In this document: positions 16,412 through 25,148 of the stretch, in pieces
Position numbering within the stretch: the stretch's first letter is position 1
Layout of the letters: every line of letters begins with the position of its first letter
Source: Oscillospiraceae bacterium
Lineage (GTDB): Bacteria > Bacillota > Clostridia > Oscillospirales > UBA929
Reading direction: 5' to 3'
Assembly (NCBI GenBank): GCA_031546715.1
Contig: JAVBKA010000036.1
Coordinates: 1-26,255, forward strand
Length of the DNA stretch: 26,255 nt
The notes under the pieces: generated by a model
What the model saw: only the letters and a program-made list of their open reading frames with translations
What the model was told of the DNA's origin: nothing
The model's database searches: none
Program-made: the position numbers and the translations under genes

Positions 16412-16735
16412 ATGAAAATGGTAATGGCAATTATTAATCATGATGACGCTCATGCTGTAATCTCAAGCTTGACAAAGGAAGGCTACCCTGTCACGAAGTT
16501 AGCCACCACAGGCGGATTCCTACAGGTGGGCAACACGACAATTCTCCTAGGAGTTGAAGATGACCGTCTCAAGGGCGCACTGGACATTATCGGTAAAAAA
16601 TCTGTTTCACGCAAGCAGGTTATTTCCACTGCAACCGAAGCAGGACAGGGCTTTTATGCCGCAATGCCTGTTGAAGTATCCGTCGGCGGTGCGACTGTTT
16701 TCGTGCTAAACGTTGAGGAGCAGCATAGATTTTAG
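16412..16735 (+). CDS. darA: PII-like cyclic-di-AMP receptor DarA (YaaQ/DUF970).
   Basis: The 107-aa MKMVMAIINHDDAHAVISSLTKEGYPVTKLATTGGFLQVGNTTILLGVEDDRL is typical of YaaQ. It has an AAAGGTGG SD and the conserved position upstream of holB. Confidence 0.8.
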   Translation: MKMVMAIINHDDAHAVISSLTKEGYPVTKLATTGGFLQVGNTTILLGVEDDRLKGALDIIGKKSVSRKQVISTATEAGQGFYAAMPVEVSVGGATVFVLNVEEQHRF

Positions 16736-17517
16736 TGAGCGGAATTAATGATTTAAACGCACAGACCATAATTCTGGAGGCTCGCATTACTGCCTCACCT
16801 CGCCCGACTGGAAACGGTGTCACTTCTTTAGATGCTACACTGCTCAGTGCCGCGCGCGCACGCGCCTTTAAGGTTTTGGAAAAACCCACAGTCCTTGAGG
16901 GGCAGCATCCGGACAGTATTGAGTTTGACGGCAGTGTTACAACGGAGCAGGTTAAGCGTATTCGGGAAATGCGAGCCTCTGTGTACGTGCGTCCCTTTGA
17001 ATGTGAAAGCAAGGTTTACATAATTCGTAACGCCCATGTGCTGAAAGAACCCGCACAAAACGCACTGCTTAAAATCCTTGAAGAACCGCCTAAATACGCA
17101 GTCTTCTATTTATTAACGGATTCCTCGGAAAAGCTTCTTCCCACAATACGTTCACGCTGTATCACTGAGCCTGTGGATGTGACCTTATCCGCCGAAGCCG
17201 TTGGAGACGGCGAGCTTGAGCGCAAGGTTCAGCTACTGCTGGGCGCGATAATCAAGCGCTCGGAACTTGCCTTTGCAAGTGTGCTGTTTGACTGGGTGTA
17301 CATGAAAAAGGATACGTTTTCAACGCTTTTACAAATGCTGAAAACCACCTTCCATGAGGAAATGACGGTGAAAACCGTCACAGGCTTGTCCGCAGGCGCA
17401 CTTATGGAAATCATTGACGCTATTGACGATATTCAGTTTCGCTTAGAAAGCAACGCCTTAGTTTCGGCTTGCTGCGGCAAGTTGTCCACGGTAATATCAC
17501 GTCAGTGCTTTGGGTGA
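16735..17517 (+). CDS. holB: DNA polymerase III delta-prime subunit (HolB). It is a short form with a degenerate Walker A.
   Basis: NALLKILEEPP and TIRSRC motifs are present. The N-terminal region aligns with B. subtilis HolB, but the P-loop is replaced by PTGNGVTS. The GTG start overlaps the darA stop. Confidence 0.75.
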   Translation: MSGINDLNAQTIILEARITASPRPTGNGVTSLDATLLSAARARAFKVLEKPTVLEGQHPDSIEFDGSVTTEQVKRIREMRASVYVRPFECESKVYIIRNAHVLKEPAQNALLKILEEPPKYAVFYLLTDSSEKLLPTIRSRCITEPVDVTLSAEAVGDGELERKVQLLLGAIIKRSELAFASVLFDWVYMKKDTFSTLLQMLKTTFHEEMTVKTVTGLSAGALMEIIDAIDDIQFRLESNALVSACCGKLSTVISRQCFG

Positions 17518-17581
17518 GAGTAATAAATATCATAATAACTACAAATGCTAAATTTAGCTTAATGGCTTTAGGAGTGATTTT

Positions 17582-18439
17582 TTGACACGTGTTGTCAGTG
17601 TCCGCTTTAAAAAGGTGGGCAAGCTATATTATTTTGACCCGGGCGAGCTGGAGCTTACAAAGGATACGCCTGTTATTGTTGAAACACAAAAGGGTGTTGA
17701 ATTCGGCGAATGCGTCATGGAACCCAAAGAGGTGGAGGACGAAAAAATTGTTCCGCCTTTACGTAAGGTCGTCCGCATTGCCACAAAGGAAGACTTTAAG
17801 TCCATTGAGGACAACCACTTAAAAGAAAAAAACGCAATCGATACCTTTGTGAAAAAAATTACGGAGCATAAGCTGGAAATGAAATTTGTGGACGTCGAAT
17901 TTACCTTTGACGGCTCAAAAATAGTCTTTTACTTCACCTCTGAAGGACGTGTAGACTTCCGTGACCTTGTGAAGGACTTAGCCAGTGTATTCCGAACAAG
18001 AATCGAACTACGTCAAATAGGGGTTCGGGACGAAGCGAAAATGCTTGGGGGTCTGGGCGTTTGCGGTAAACCCTTTTGCTGTTCAACCTTTTTAGATGAA
18101 TTTCATCCTGTTTCCATTAAAATGGCAAAGGAACAGGGGCTTTCCTTAAATCCGACCAAGATTTCAGGCACTTGCGGACGGCTTATGTGCTGCCTGAAAT
18201 ATGAGCAGGACGCTTATGAGGACTTAATCAAAAACACCCCTCGTCAGGAAAGCATTGTTAAGACCGCCCAAGGGCAAGGCACTGTTACCGAGGTATCACT
18301 GCTACGAGGTAACTTGAAAGTGCGGCTAGACAGTGCCCCAGACCAGCCGCCCAAGGTTTTTCACAAAAGTGAGGTTAAGCTGATTCATTCGCCAAAGAAC
18401 AACGGACGCAAGAATGACGACTCGCCGGAAGTTGAATAA
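17582..18439 (+). CDS. ricT: RicT/YaaT (PSP1 C-terminal domain protein; stage 0 sporulation/RNase Y regulatory complex component).
   Basis: It is nearly collinear with B. subtilis YaaT (VVSVRFKKVGKLYYFDP..., IELRQIGVRDEAKMLGGLGVCGKPFCCSTFL..., KISGTCGRLMCCLKYEQD). The TTG start has an AGGAGTG SD. Confidence 0.9.
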   Translation: MTRVVSVRFKKVGKLYYFDPGELELTKDTPVIVETQKGVEFGECVMEPKEVEDEKIVPPLRKVVRIATKEDFKSIEDNHLKEKNAIDTFVKKITEHKLEMKFVDVEFTFDGSKIVFYFTSEGRVDFRDLVKDLASVFRTRIELRQIGVRDEAKMLGGLGVCGKPFCCSTFLDEFHPVSIKMAKEQGLSLNPTKISGTCGRLMCCLKYEQDAYEDLIKNTPRQESIVKTAQGQGTVTEVSLLRGNLKVRLDSAPDQPPKVFHKSEVKLIHSPKNNGRKNDDSPEVE

Positions 18440-19201
18440 ATGATTCTTTTTGATACACATGCCCATTATGACGATGAACGCTTTGACCCAGACCGTGACG
18501 CTGTTTTGACGTCCCTTAAATCCGAAGGCGTTGAGCATGTCGTCAACCCCGGCTGTGACATAGCGTCTAGTCTAAAGGCGGCTAGCTATGCGGATAAGTA
18601 CCCTTTTATGTACTTTTCTGCAGGAATTCACCCTCACGAAGCAAGAAATGCGGAGGAGGGTTATTTGAACATGCTTCGCAATTTGCTAAAAAGACCAAAA
18701 TGTGTTGCCGTGGGCGAAATCGGACTTGATTACCATTATGATTTTTCCCCCAGAGATGTTCAGAAGCGGATATGCCGCGAGCAAATGTCCCTCGCTTCGG
18801 AGCTTAATATGCCTGTTATTTTTCACGACCGTGAGGCTCACGAGGATTCGCTGAATATGGTTAAGGAGTTTCCAAACCTTAGAGGCGTATTTCATTGCTA
18901 CTCAGGCAGCGCAGAAACAGCCGCCGAGCTTATAAAGCGCGGCTGGATTATCGGCTTTACGGGAAGCGTTACCTTTAAAAACGCCCACAATCTTCAAGCC
19001 GTGGCGTCATATATCCCACTGGAGCGCATTATTATTGAAACAGATGCGCCCTACATGACCCCCCACCCCCGCAGAGGAGAGCGCAACGACTCCCGACTGC
19101 TGTACTTAGTTGCAGACAAACTAGCTGACCTTCACGGCATAACTGCCGACGAAGTGGCTCGGATAACTACAAAAAATGCGCTGGATTTTTATAGACTGTG
19201 A
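18440..19201 (+). CDS. tatD: TatD-family metal-dependent DNase/hydrolase (YabD-like).
   Basis: The DTHAHYD N-terminal motif, GEIGLDYHY and ETDAPYMTP are TatD signatures. Confidence 0.9.
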   Translation: MILFDTHAHYDDERFDPDRDAVLTSLKSEGVEHVVNPGCDIASSLKAASYADKYPFMYFSAGIHPHEARNAEEGYLNMLRNLLKRPKCVAVGEIGLDYHYDFSPRDVQKRICREQMSLASELNMPVIFHDREAHEDSLNMVKEFPNLRGVFHCYSGSAETAAELIKRGWIIGFTGSVTFKNAHNLQAVASYIPLERIIIETDAPYMTPHPRRGERNDSRLLYLVADKLADLHGITADEVARITTKNALDFYRL

Positions 19202-19210
19202 GGCTGAAAC

Positions 19211-19861
19211 GTGGAAAAAAGCTTCGACTTTAAAAAAGACCTAAAAGAGCTGTATATGCCCAAGGCAACCCCCACACTAATTGACGTACCCGCGCTGCAA
19301 TTTATTATGGTTGACGGCGCAGGCGACCCAAACGGCGGGGAGTACCCCAAGGCTGTTGCCGTGGTGTATGCGCTGGCGTATACCATTAAAATGAGCAAAA
19401 TGGGTACATACAAAATTGACGGCTACTTTGACTATGTGGTTGCCCCCTTGGAAGGGCTTTGGTGGATTACGGACGAAGATTTCAGCTTTGAAAAACGTGA
19501 CAACTGGCTGTGGACATCCATGATGGCACAGCCTGACTTTGTAACTGCCGATGTTTTTCAATGGGCAAAGGCAGAGGTTAAGCGCAAGAAGCCTGAGCTA
19601 GATTGCAGCAAGGCACGGCTTGAGGGTTTTACGGAAGGACTGTGCGTCCAAATGATGCACCACGGACCATATTCCGAAGAGCCTGCAAACGTTGAGCTAA
19701 TGCACCGCTTTATGGCGGAAAAGGGGTATAAGGACGATACCGGAAATCACCGAAAACACCATGAAATATACCTCTCAGACCCTCGGAAGGTACTTCCCGA
19801 AAAAATGAAAACCGTTCTTCGGCATCCGGTGTCACCAGTAACCGACCATGGTTCTTACTAA
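19211..19861 (+). CDS. GyrI-like small-molecule-binding domain protein.
   Basis: The 216-aa ORF has the pattern DFKKDLKELYMPKATPTLIDVPALQFIMVDGAGDP...GLWWI...HHEIYLSDPRKV typical of the GyrI-like/effector-binding family. It is a GTG start. Confidence 0.65.
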   Translation: MEKSFDFKKDLKELYMPKATPTLIDVPALQFIMVDGAGDPNGGEYPKAVAVVYALAYTIKMSKMGTYKIDGYFDYVVAPLEGLWWITDEDFSFEKRDNWLWTSMMAQPDFVTADVFQWAKAEVKRKKPELDCSKARLEGFTEGLCVQMMHHGPYSEEPANVELMHRFMAEKGYKDDTGNHRKHHEIYLSDPRKVLPEKMKTVLRHPVSPVTDHGSY

Positions 19862-19926
19862 GTATACAATTCTCGAATAGAGATTTAGTATTATACTAAT
19901 TGTATTGGCTTAAGGAGGTTTTTCGC

Positions 19927-20658
19927 ATGACCTTTCATCCGAACGGAGCGTTTCTGTATATAATTGTAGGAATAATCATCGTTTTTGTTCTGGCGCAGTC
20001 TGTCTACTTTTTGCTAAGAGCATGGAAGCGGGCAAAAGTACTGGGAATCGAGCCATCCACCCTTAAGAAAACCGTTGCAACCAGTGCTGTGTTCACTATC
20101 GCCCCCGCCGTGGGTATTCTTCTGGGAGTTATTACCCTGTCTAAGTTTTTAGGCTTTCCGCTTCCTTGGTTAAGGCTTAGCGTTATCGGTGCGCTGACCT
20201 ATGAGCTTGCGGCGGCAACCACTGCGGCCAATGCCGTGGGCGCAAGTATCGCCGAAACAGTGACCGACCCCAAGACGTTTTCTGCTATCGCATGGGTAAT
20301 GACGTTGGGTATTATGCCAAGCCTAATTTACGTCGCCTTTGGCTTGAAGAAAATTCAGAGCGGCGTTATTAAAATTAAAGAAAGCAACAAGGCATGGGGC
20401 GACATTTTTATGACGGCTCTGTTTCTTGGTATGATTTCAGCCTTTCTCGGCATGATTTTTGCAACGGTTTCCGAGGGCTTAGTGGGCTGGATTCCTGTGT
20501 TTGTTATGCTTGCCTCCGCTGCTCTTATGAGCATTTGCGGCCTGCTTGTCAAGCTATTTAAGCTGAAATGGGTGGAGGATTTCGCCTTACCTATCAGTAT
20601 GCTTGGAGCGATGGCTCTGTCGATTCCCATTACAAGCCTTGTAACGGCTATTGCTTAA
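19927..20658 (+). CDS. Polytopic integral membrane protein, uncharacterized. Subunit A of a paired membrane-protein module.
   Basis: About 6 predicted TM helices. The ATG at 19927 has a TAAGGAGGT SD at 7-8 nt. The ORF-track start at 19900 lies upstream of the SD. Confidence 0.7.
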   Translation: MTFHPNGAFLYIIVGIIIVFVLAQSVYFLLRAWKRAKVLGIEPSTLKKTVATSAVFTIAPAVGILLGVITLSKFLGFPLPWLRLSVIGALTYELAAATTAANAVGASIAETVTDPKTFSAIAWVMTLGIMPSLIYVAFGLKKIQSGVIKIKESNKAWGDIFMTALFLGMISAFLGMIFATVSEGLVGWIPVFVMLASAALMSICGLLVKLFKLKWVEDFALPISMLGAMALSIPITSLVTAIA

Positions 20659-20671
20659 GGGAGGTGCATGT

Positions 20672-21337
20672 ATGAATACTAAGGAATATTATCAAGAAAC
20701 CCATCGAGTTGGGCGGATATGGCTTGCTATGGCAATCACGCTGCTAACCTGTGTGCCTGTTGCCATATGCCTGTACTACGATGCATGGCCCGGCTTTGCG
20801 CCTGTGCTAAAGGGCTTACTAGGAGTAGCTCCAATCTTTTGGACTGTTGGCGCAATCGAGGTTTTGACGTATACGCCAATGCTAGGCTCGGCTGGCTCAT
20901 ATGTGGGCTTTATAACGGGCAACCTCACAAACTTAAAAGTGCCCTGCGCAATTAACGCCATGGATTCAGCCAAGGTGGAGCATGGTTCGGAAAAGGGCGA
21001 AGTAATTTCCACCATTGCCATTTCTGTTTCGTCAATCGTCACAACCATTATAATTTCTCTCGGAGTTGCTCTACTTTCAAGCATTGAACCAATTTTGCAG
21101 TCCGAGCTGTTACAGCCCGCCTTTGCAAACATTTTGCCCTCACTTTTCGGAGCGTTGGCGGTGGTTTACGTCTCGAAAAACTGGAAAATAGCCATGGCAC
21201 CGTTGATTTTTATGATTGCGCTGTTTATTCTCGTGCCGTCCCTTGCGTCCTCCGTGGGGATTCTGGTGCCCGTCGGCGCGCTGATTTCAATCGGCGTTGC
21301 AAGGATTCTTTTCAAAAAAGGTATGCTGAAGGGGTGA
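20672..21337 (+). CDS. Polytopic integral membrane protein, uncharacterized. Subunit B, translationally coupled to subunit A.
   Basis: About 6 TM helices. The ATG at 20672 has a GGGAGGTG SD that overlaps the stop of the upstream gene. Confidence 0.7.
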   Translation: MNTKEYYQETHRVGRIWLAMAITLLTCVPVAICLYYDAWPGFAPVLKGLLGVAPIFWTVGAIEVLTYTPMLGSAGSYVGFITGNLTNLKVPCAINAMDSAKVEHGSEKGEVISTIAISVSSIVTTIIISLGVALLSSIEPILQSELLQPAFANILPSLFGALAVVYVSKNWKIAMAPLIFMIALFILVPSLASSVGILVPVGALISIGVARILFKKGMLKG

Positions 21338-21341
21338 TGAA

Positions 21342-22778
21342 ATGCCCGTAATTATCGCACTATGCGTTATAGTGCTGGTTCTGCTGCTGATGACACTTAA
21401 TGCCCTTCGCTTTACACCCAAAAAGGCGAAGCCTGTTCAACCAATGCCTGTGGATATTAAGTTTCCATATATTGACCAACATTTGAGCAAGATGATACGC
21501 TGCAAAACCGTCAGCGGTAGTGATGAAAATCTGGAGGCTGAATTTGAACGCTTCCGTGAGCTTTTAAAAGAGCTGTACCCCAAGGTGCACGAGGTCGCCC
21601 CGCCGAAAAGATTGGGAGACAGCGGGATTTTGTTCTGCATTAAGGGCAAATCAAGGGATAAATCTGTAGTTTTAATGTCACATTATGACGTTGTACCTGC
21701 CGATGCCAACGCATGGGAGAAGCCGCCCTATGACGGCATCATCGAAAACGGCATAATTTGGGGCAGAGGAACTCTTGACACAAAGGCGACCCTCTGCGCT
21801 GTTATGGAAGCCACAGAAGCCTTGCTATCACGAGGTTTTGAGCCTCAAAACGATATTTACCTTGCATTCTCGGGAGACGAAGAAATTACCGGAGCCTCAG
21901 CCCCCGCAATCGTAGATTATCTCTATGACAGCGGAGTCCGTCCAATGCTGGTGCTTGACGAAGGCGGCGCAGTGGTCACAGGTGGCTTTCCGGGGGTTAC
22001 TGTCCCCGCTGCAATGATTGGCACAGGGGAAAAGGGCAGGCTAGACGTTACCCTCACGGCAAAAAGTTCAGGAGGTCACGCCTCTATGCCACCTGTACAT
22101 ACCGCCTTGGGGCATGTAGCAAAGGCTGTTGCCGATATTGAAAAGCGTCCCTTTCCGCGAAGAATTTCACTGCCCGTTATTCAAATGTTTGACAATTTAG
22201 GACGTCACTCCACTTTTGGGTACAAGCTTATTTTTGCAAATCTGCATGTTACCGCTTCAATTTTGGACATGATCTGCAAAAGGAAGGGCGGCGAGCTTAA
22301 CGCCATGGTTAGAACCACATGCGCCGCAACAATGGCGACAGCCAGCCCCGCGGTCAATGTCCTGCCGCCCGCCGCCTCCGTCAGCCTGAATCTGAGGTTA
22401 ATGAATGCGGACAGTATTGACATTGCAAAAAGGTATCTTAAAGCCGTCATAAATAATGACGGCATTGAAATAACCGAGCTTTACGGCATGAATGCATGTC
22501 CCATTTCAGAGGTCAGCGGCGACGGTTGGGACTGCCTGTGTACCGCAATTGGGCAAACGTGGGAGGGTGCGGTGATTTCTCCGTATCTGATGATGGCGTG
22601 CAGTGATTCCCGCCATTATACGAAAATCAGCAAAAATGTGTACAGATTTTCGGCAATGGAGCTTTCATCTGACGAACGGAAGCTAATTCATGGTCATAAT
22701 GAGCGAATCCCCGCCGCAAAGCTTGTCAAAACCGCGGAGTTTTATATAAGGCTTATTAATTCATTACAAAAAGTGTAA
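21342..22778 (+). CDS. M20-family metallopeptidase/amidohydrolase with an N-terminal TM anchor.
   Basis: HYDVVP, GRGTLDTK and SGDEE metal-binding motifs are present, along with a dimerization-domain region. The N-terminal helix is MPVIIALCVIVLVLLLMTL. The start lies 4 nt after the preceding stop. Confidence 0.8.
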   Translation: MPVIIALCVIVLVLLLMTLNALRFTPKKAKPVQPMPVDIKFPYIDQHLSKMIRCKTVSGSDENLEAEFERFRELLKELYPKVHEVAPPKRLGDSGILFCIKGKSRDKSVVLMSHYDVVPADANAWEKPPYDGIIENGIIWGRGTLDTKATLCAVMEATEALLSRGFEPQNDIYLAFSGDEEITGASAPAIVDYLYDSGVRPMLVLDEGGAVVTGGFPGVTVPAAMIGTGEKGRLDVTLTAKSSGGHASMPPVHTALGHVAKAVADIEKRPFPRRISLPVIQMFDNLGRHSTFGYKLIFANLHVTASILDMICKRKGGELNAMVRTTCAATMATASPAVNVLPPAASVSLNLRLMNADSIDIAKRYLKAVINNDGIEITELYGMNACPISEVSGDGWDCLCTAIGQTWEGAVISPYLMMACSDSRHYTKISKNVYRFSAMELSSDERKLIHGHNERIPAAKLVKTAEFYIRLINSLQKV

Positions 22779-22793
22779 TAAAGGAGAAGTATA

Positions 22794-24659
22794 ATGTCGT
22801 TTTTCAGCCGAACCCTTGCATTTGCGCTAGTACTGGTGATTATTGTAGGGGGTTTGTCAGGGTGCGCCGCGCCAAAAGCCATGGGGGTTTTGCAGACCTC
22901 GCCACCTATTTTTGACGGAAAAGAAGGCTATCATCTGATAGTAGTTAGCGGAGAACCTGAGGGCATAGCGGCGGCACTGTCTGCGGCAAGGCTTGGGTTA
23001 AAAACCTTGCTGATTGAAAAAGGCGACGCTCTCGGTGGACTTATGACCCTTGGCGGGCTTAATTTTCTTGACATGAACAATAACTCAATGCAAGAAATTA
23101 TTACACGCGGTATATTTTTTGAGTTTTATAACGAAGTCGGCAACGCATACGACATTGAACATGCCAAAAAATGGTTCTTAGAGCGCACCAAAGCCGAGCC
23201 GAATTTAACGGTTATGCTGAACACTAACTGCACCGGTCCGATTATGGACGGTAACACAGTAGTAGGCGTAAACGCTGAACTGCAAGACGGCACAACTCAA
23301 GCCTACAGAGCACTGTCGGTTGTGGATGCCACTGTTGACGCAGACATTGCCGCCGCCGCCGGAGTGCCGTACACCGTAGGCGCAGAGGACTATTCTTTGT
23401 CAAACGCCATGCAAGGCGTGACCTTAATTTTTGAGCTGTCGGGCGTAAACTGGAAAGAACTTCGGGACGCGCTAAAGGATAATTCCACCGCAAAGTCCGC
23501 ATGGGGCCTTGGAAAAGAAGCCGCCAACTATGTGTCTGTGGATGGAAACATGCGCCTTCGTGGTCCAAACATTGCACTGCTTGATAACGGCAATGTTTTG
23601 CTAAACTGCCTGCAAATTTTCGGCGTAGACGCCATCGACGAAGTGTCATATCAACATGGCATTGACCGCGGAATTGCGGAGCTACCTCATATTGTAGCGT
23701 TTATGAGAGAGAACTTCCCCGGATTTTCTAACGCTGAGATGTACGCCACCTCCCCAAGACTTTATGTCCGTGAAACAAGGCACATTCAGGGCGAGTACAG
23801 GCTTACAATTACCGATGTTTTAGAAAACCGCGACCAATGGGACAGAATCGGTCACGGCAGCTATCCGGTAGATATTCAATCAACCAACCCTCAGGATTCG
23901 GGAAATGTCATCGGTGCGCCGGAAATGTACAGCATACCCTTTAGAAGCCTAGTACCGCTTGAGGTTGACGGACTATTAGTTGCAGGACGCAGTGCCTCCT
24001 TTGATTCGCTCCCTCACGGCAGCGCACGGGTTATCCCTATCGGAATGGTCAGCGGTGAGGCTTGCGGCGTTGCAGCTGCATATTCCGCGGCGCATGACAT
24101 TTCTTTCAGAGATATTTCAAAGGACAAAACTGCAATAGCGGCAATACAAGCTCAGCTTGTTAAGCAGGGCGCATATTTAAAGGAATTCACAGAAAAAAAG
24201 ACCGAAGCAATGAAGCATTGGTCTTATAACGGCGTTGCGGTTATGCGTGAACTTGGAATGGCGTTCGGAGGTTATGAAAACGACTACCGTTTAGACGAAA
24301 AAATTCCTAATCGCTGGGCATTGCAAATTAAACTTAACAGCATGATTAAGCTTGCCAACAGAGAAAACGGCGGCGCAATATCCGTCTCCGAAATCACCTT
24401 AAGCGACGACGTGGTCGAAGTGTCCGAGCTTTTAATTGCAGCCGAGTGGGCAGTGGAGCTTTCCAATAAAGAACCCCAAAAGCCTTGGGGGCAGCGCACT
24501 CCAGAGGTTGCAATAGAGTATTTGGTTGAGAATAAGGTAATATCTGCGGAGAATAAGTCAAGGTTTACCGATTATGCCGCAACTGCGACATATGGTCAGC
24601 TTTACAGCGTGTTGGGCGCAGTGTATGGTATTTTGTTGGAGGCGAAGCCTGCGGCGTAG
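22794..24659 (+). CDS. FAD-dependent oxidoreductase-family lipoprotein (FAD_oxidored-like), secreted.
   Basis: The signal peptide ends in a lipobox (GGLSGC). The Rossmann-like HLIVVSGEPEGIAAALSAARLG motif and a C-terminal GLLVAGRSAS motif are typical of the family. It has an AAAGGAGAAG SD. Confidence 0.7.
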   Translation: MSFFSRTLAFALVLVIIVGGLSGCAAPKAMGVLQTSPPIFDGKEGYHLIVVSGEPEGIAAALSAARLGLKTLLIEKGDALGGLMTLGGLNFLDMNNNSMQEIITRGIFFEFYNEVGNAYDIEHAKKWFLERTKAEPNLTVMLNTNCTGPIMDGNTVVGVNAELQDGTTQAYRALSVVDATVDADIAAAAGVPYTVGAEDYSLSNAMQGVTLIFELSGVNWKELRDALKDNSTAKSAWGLGKEAANYVSVDGNMRLRGPNIALLDNGNVLLNCLQIFGVDAIDEVSYQHGIDRGIAELPHIVAFMRENFPGFSNAEMYATSPRLYVRETRHIQGEYRLTITDVLENRDQWDRIGHGSYPVDIQSTNPQDSGNVIGAPEMYSIPFRSLVPLEVDGLLVAGRSASFDSLPHGSARVIPIGMVSGEACGVAAAYSAAHDISFRDISKDKTAIAAIQAQLVKQGAYLKEFTEKKTEAMKHWSYNGVAVMRELGMAFGGYENDYRLDEKIPNRWALQIKLNSMIKLANRENGGAISVSEITLSDDVVEVSELLIAAEWAVELSNKEPQKPWGQRTPEVAIEYLVENKVISAENKSRFTDYAATATYGQLYSVLGAVYGILLEAKPAA

Positions 24660-24768
24660 GGAAAACATTGTCTTGTTTGGCTTGATTTTATTGCTCAGGG
24701 ACTGGACAATTTCGGTATTTTAATTGCCCGCGTCGTGGTATTCCCAGCGACTGGATTCGGACATAAAA

Positions 24769-24826
24769 ACGAGGTCGCCAGTTAATCTGACGACCTCGTA
24801 AGCTTTGAAGCTGCTTTTTAATTTTT
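24769..24826. terminator. Bidirectional terminator region. A 9-bp stem ACGAGGTCG/CGACCTCGT is flanked by A5 upstream and T-runs downstream.
   Basis: Seen in sequence. On the minus strand the hairpin is followed directly by UUUUUAU. On the plus strand it is followed by a second small hairpin and TTTTTAATTTTTT. Confidence 0.55.
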
Positions 24827-24862
24827 TGGCACGCCCGGGGCGACTCGAACGCTCGACCTACT
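24827..24862 (-). other. Partial tRNA 3' end (T-arm plus acceptor 3' strand plus CCA). A 5' half of a tRNA could not be recognised. This is an att-site-like remnant marking a mobile-element boundary.
   Basis: The rc reads GGTCGAGCGTTCGAGTCGCCCCGGGCGTGCCA, with T-loop TTCGAGT, a 5-bp T-stem with one mismatch, and a 7-nt acceptor strand plus discriminator plus CCA. The upstream sequence has no matching 5' acceptor strand or D/anticodon arms. Confidence 0.5.
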
Positions 24863-25148
24863 GCTTAGAAGGGTGTGTGAACGCCTTTTGCACTTTTTTG
24901 CAAGTTGTAATAAGTTCTGATTTTTCAAGTCTTTTAAGTCGTTGATATTTCGTAACCTTCATTCTTTTTTCGTGGTTTCTTTTGAAAACAAAGAACAAAC
25001 AATGAACAAGATAGGATGCTATACGTTATTGCGTACCAGTGCTAAGTCAATAGCTTCGGCTGCTGCTTAATCAGCAGATCGGATTTGATGAGCATATATA
25101 TTTGTCGTAGTGCTTGCTTTTGTATGCCCTAATCTGCTAGCTACAGTC

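Noticed and set aside
16735-17517. HolB flagged as a possible pseudogene, because it is 260 aa against roughly 330 aa typical and has no GxxGxGK P-loop.
   Set aside because: Delta-prime subunits are frequently ATPase-dead with degenerate Walker A motifs. The sequence aligns end to end with B. subtilis HolB domains I-II and has no frameshifts or internal stops. Its conserved position between darA and ricT argues that it is functional.
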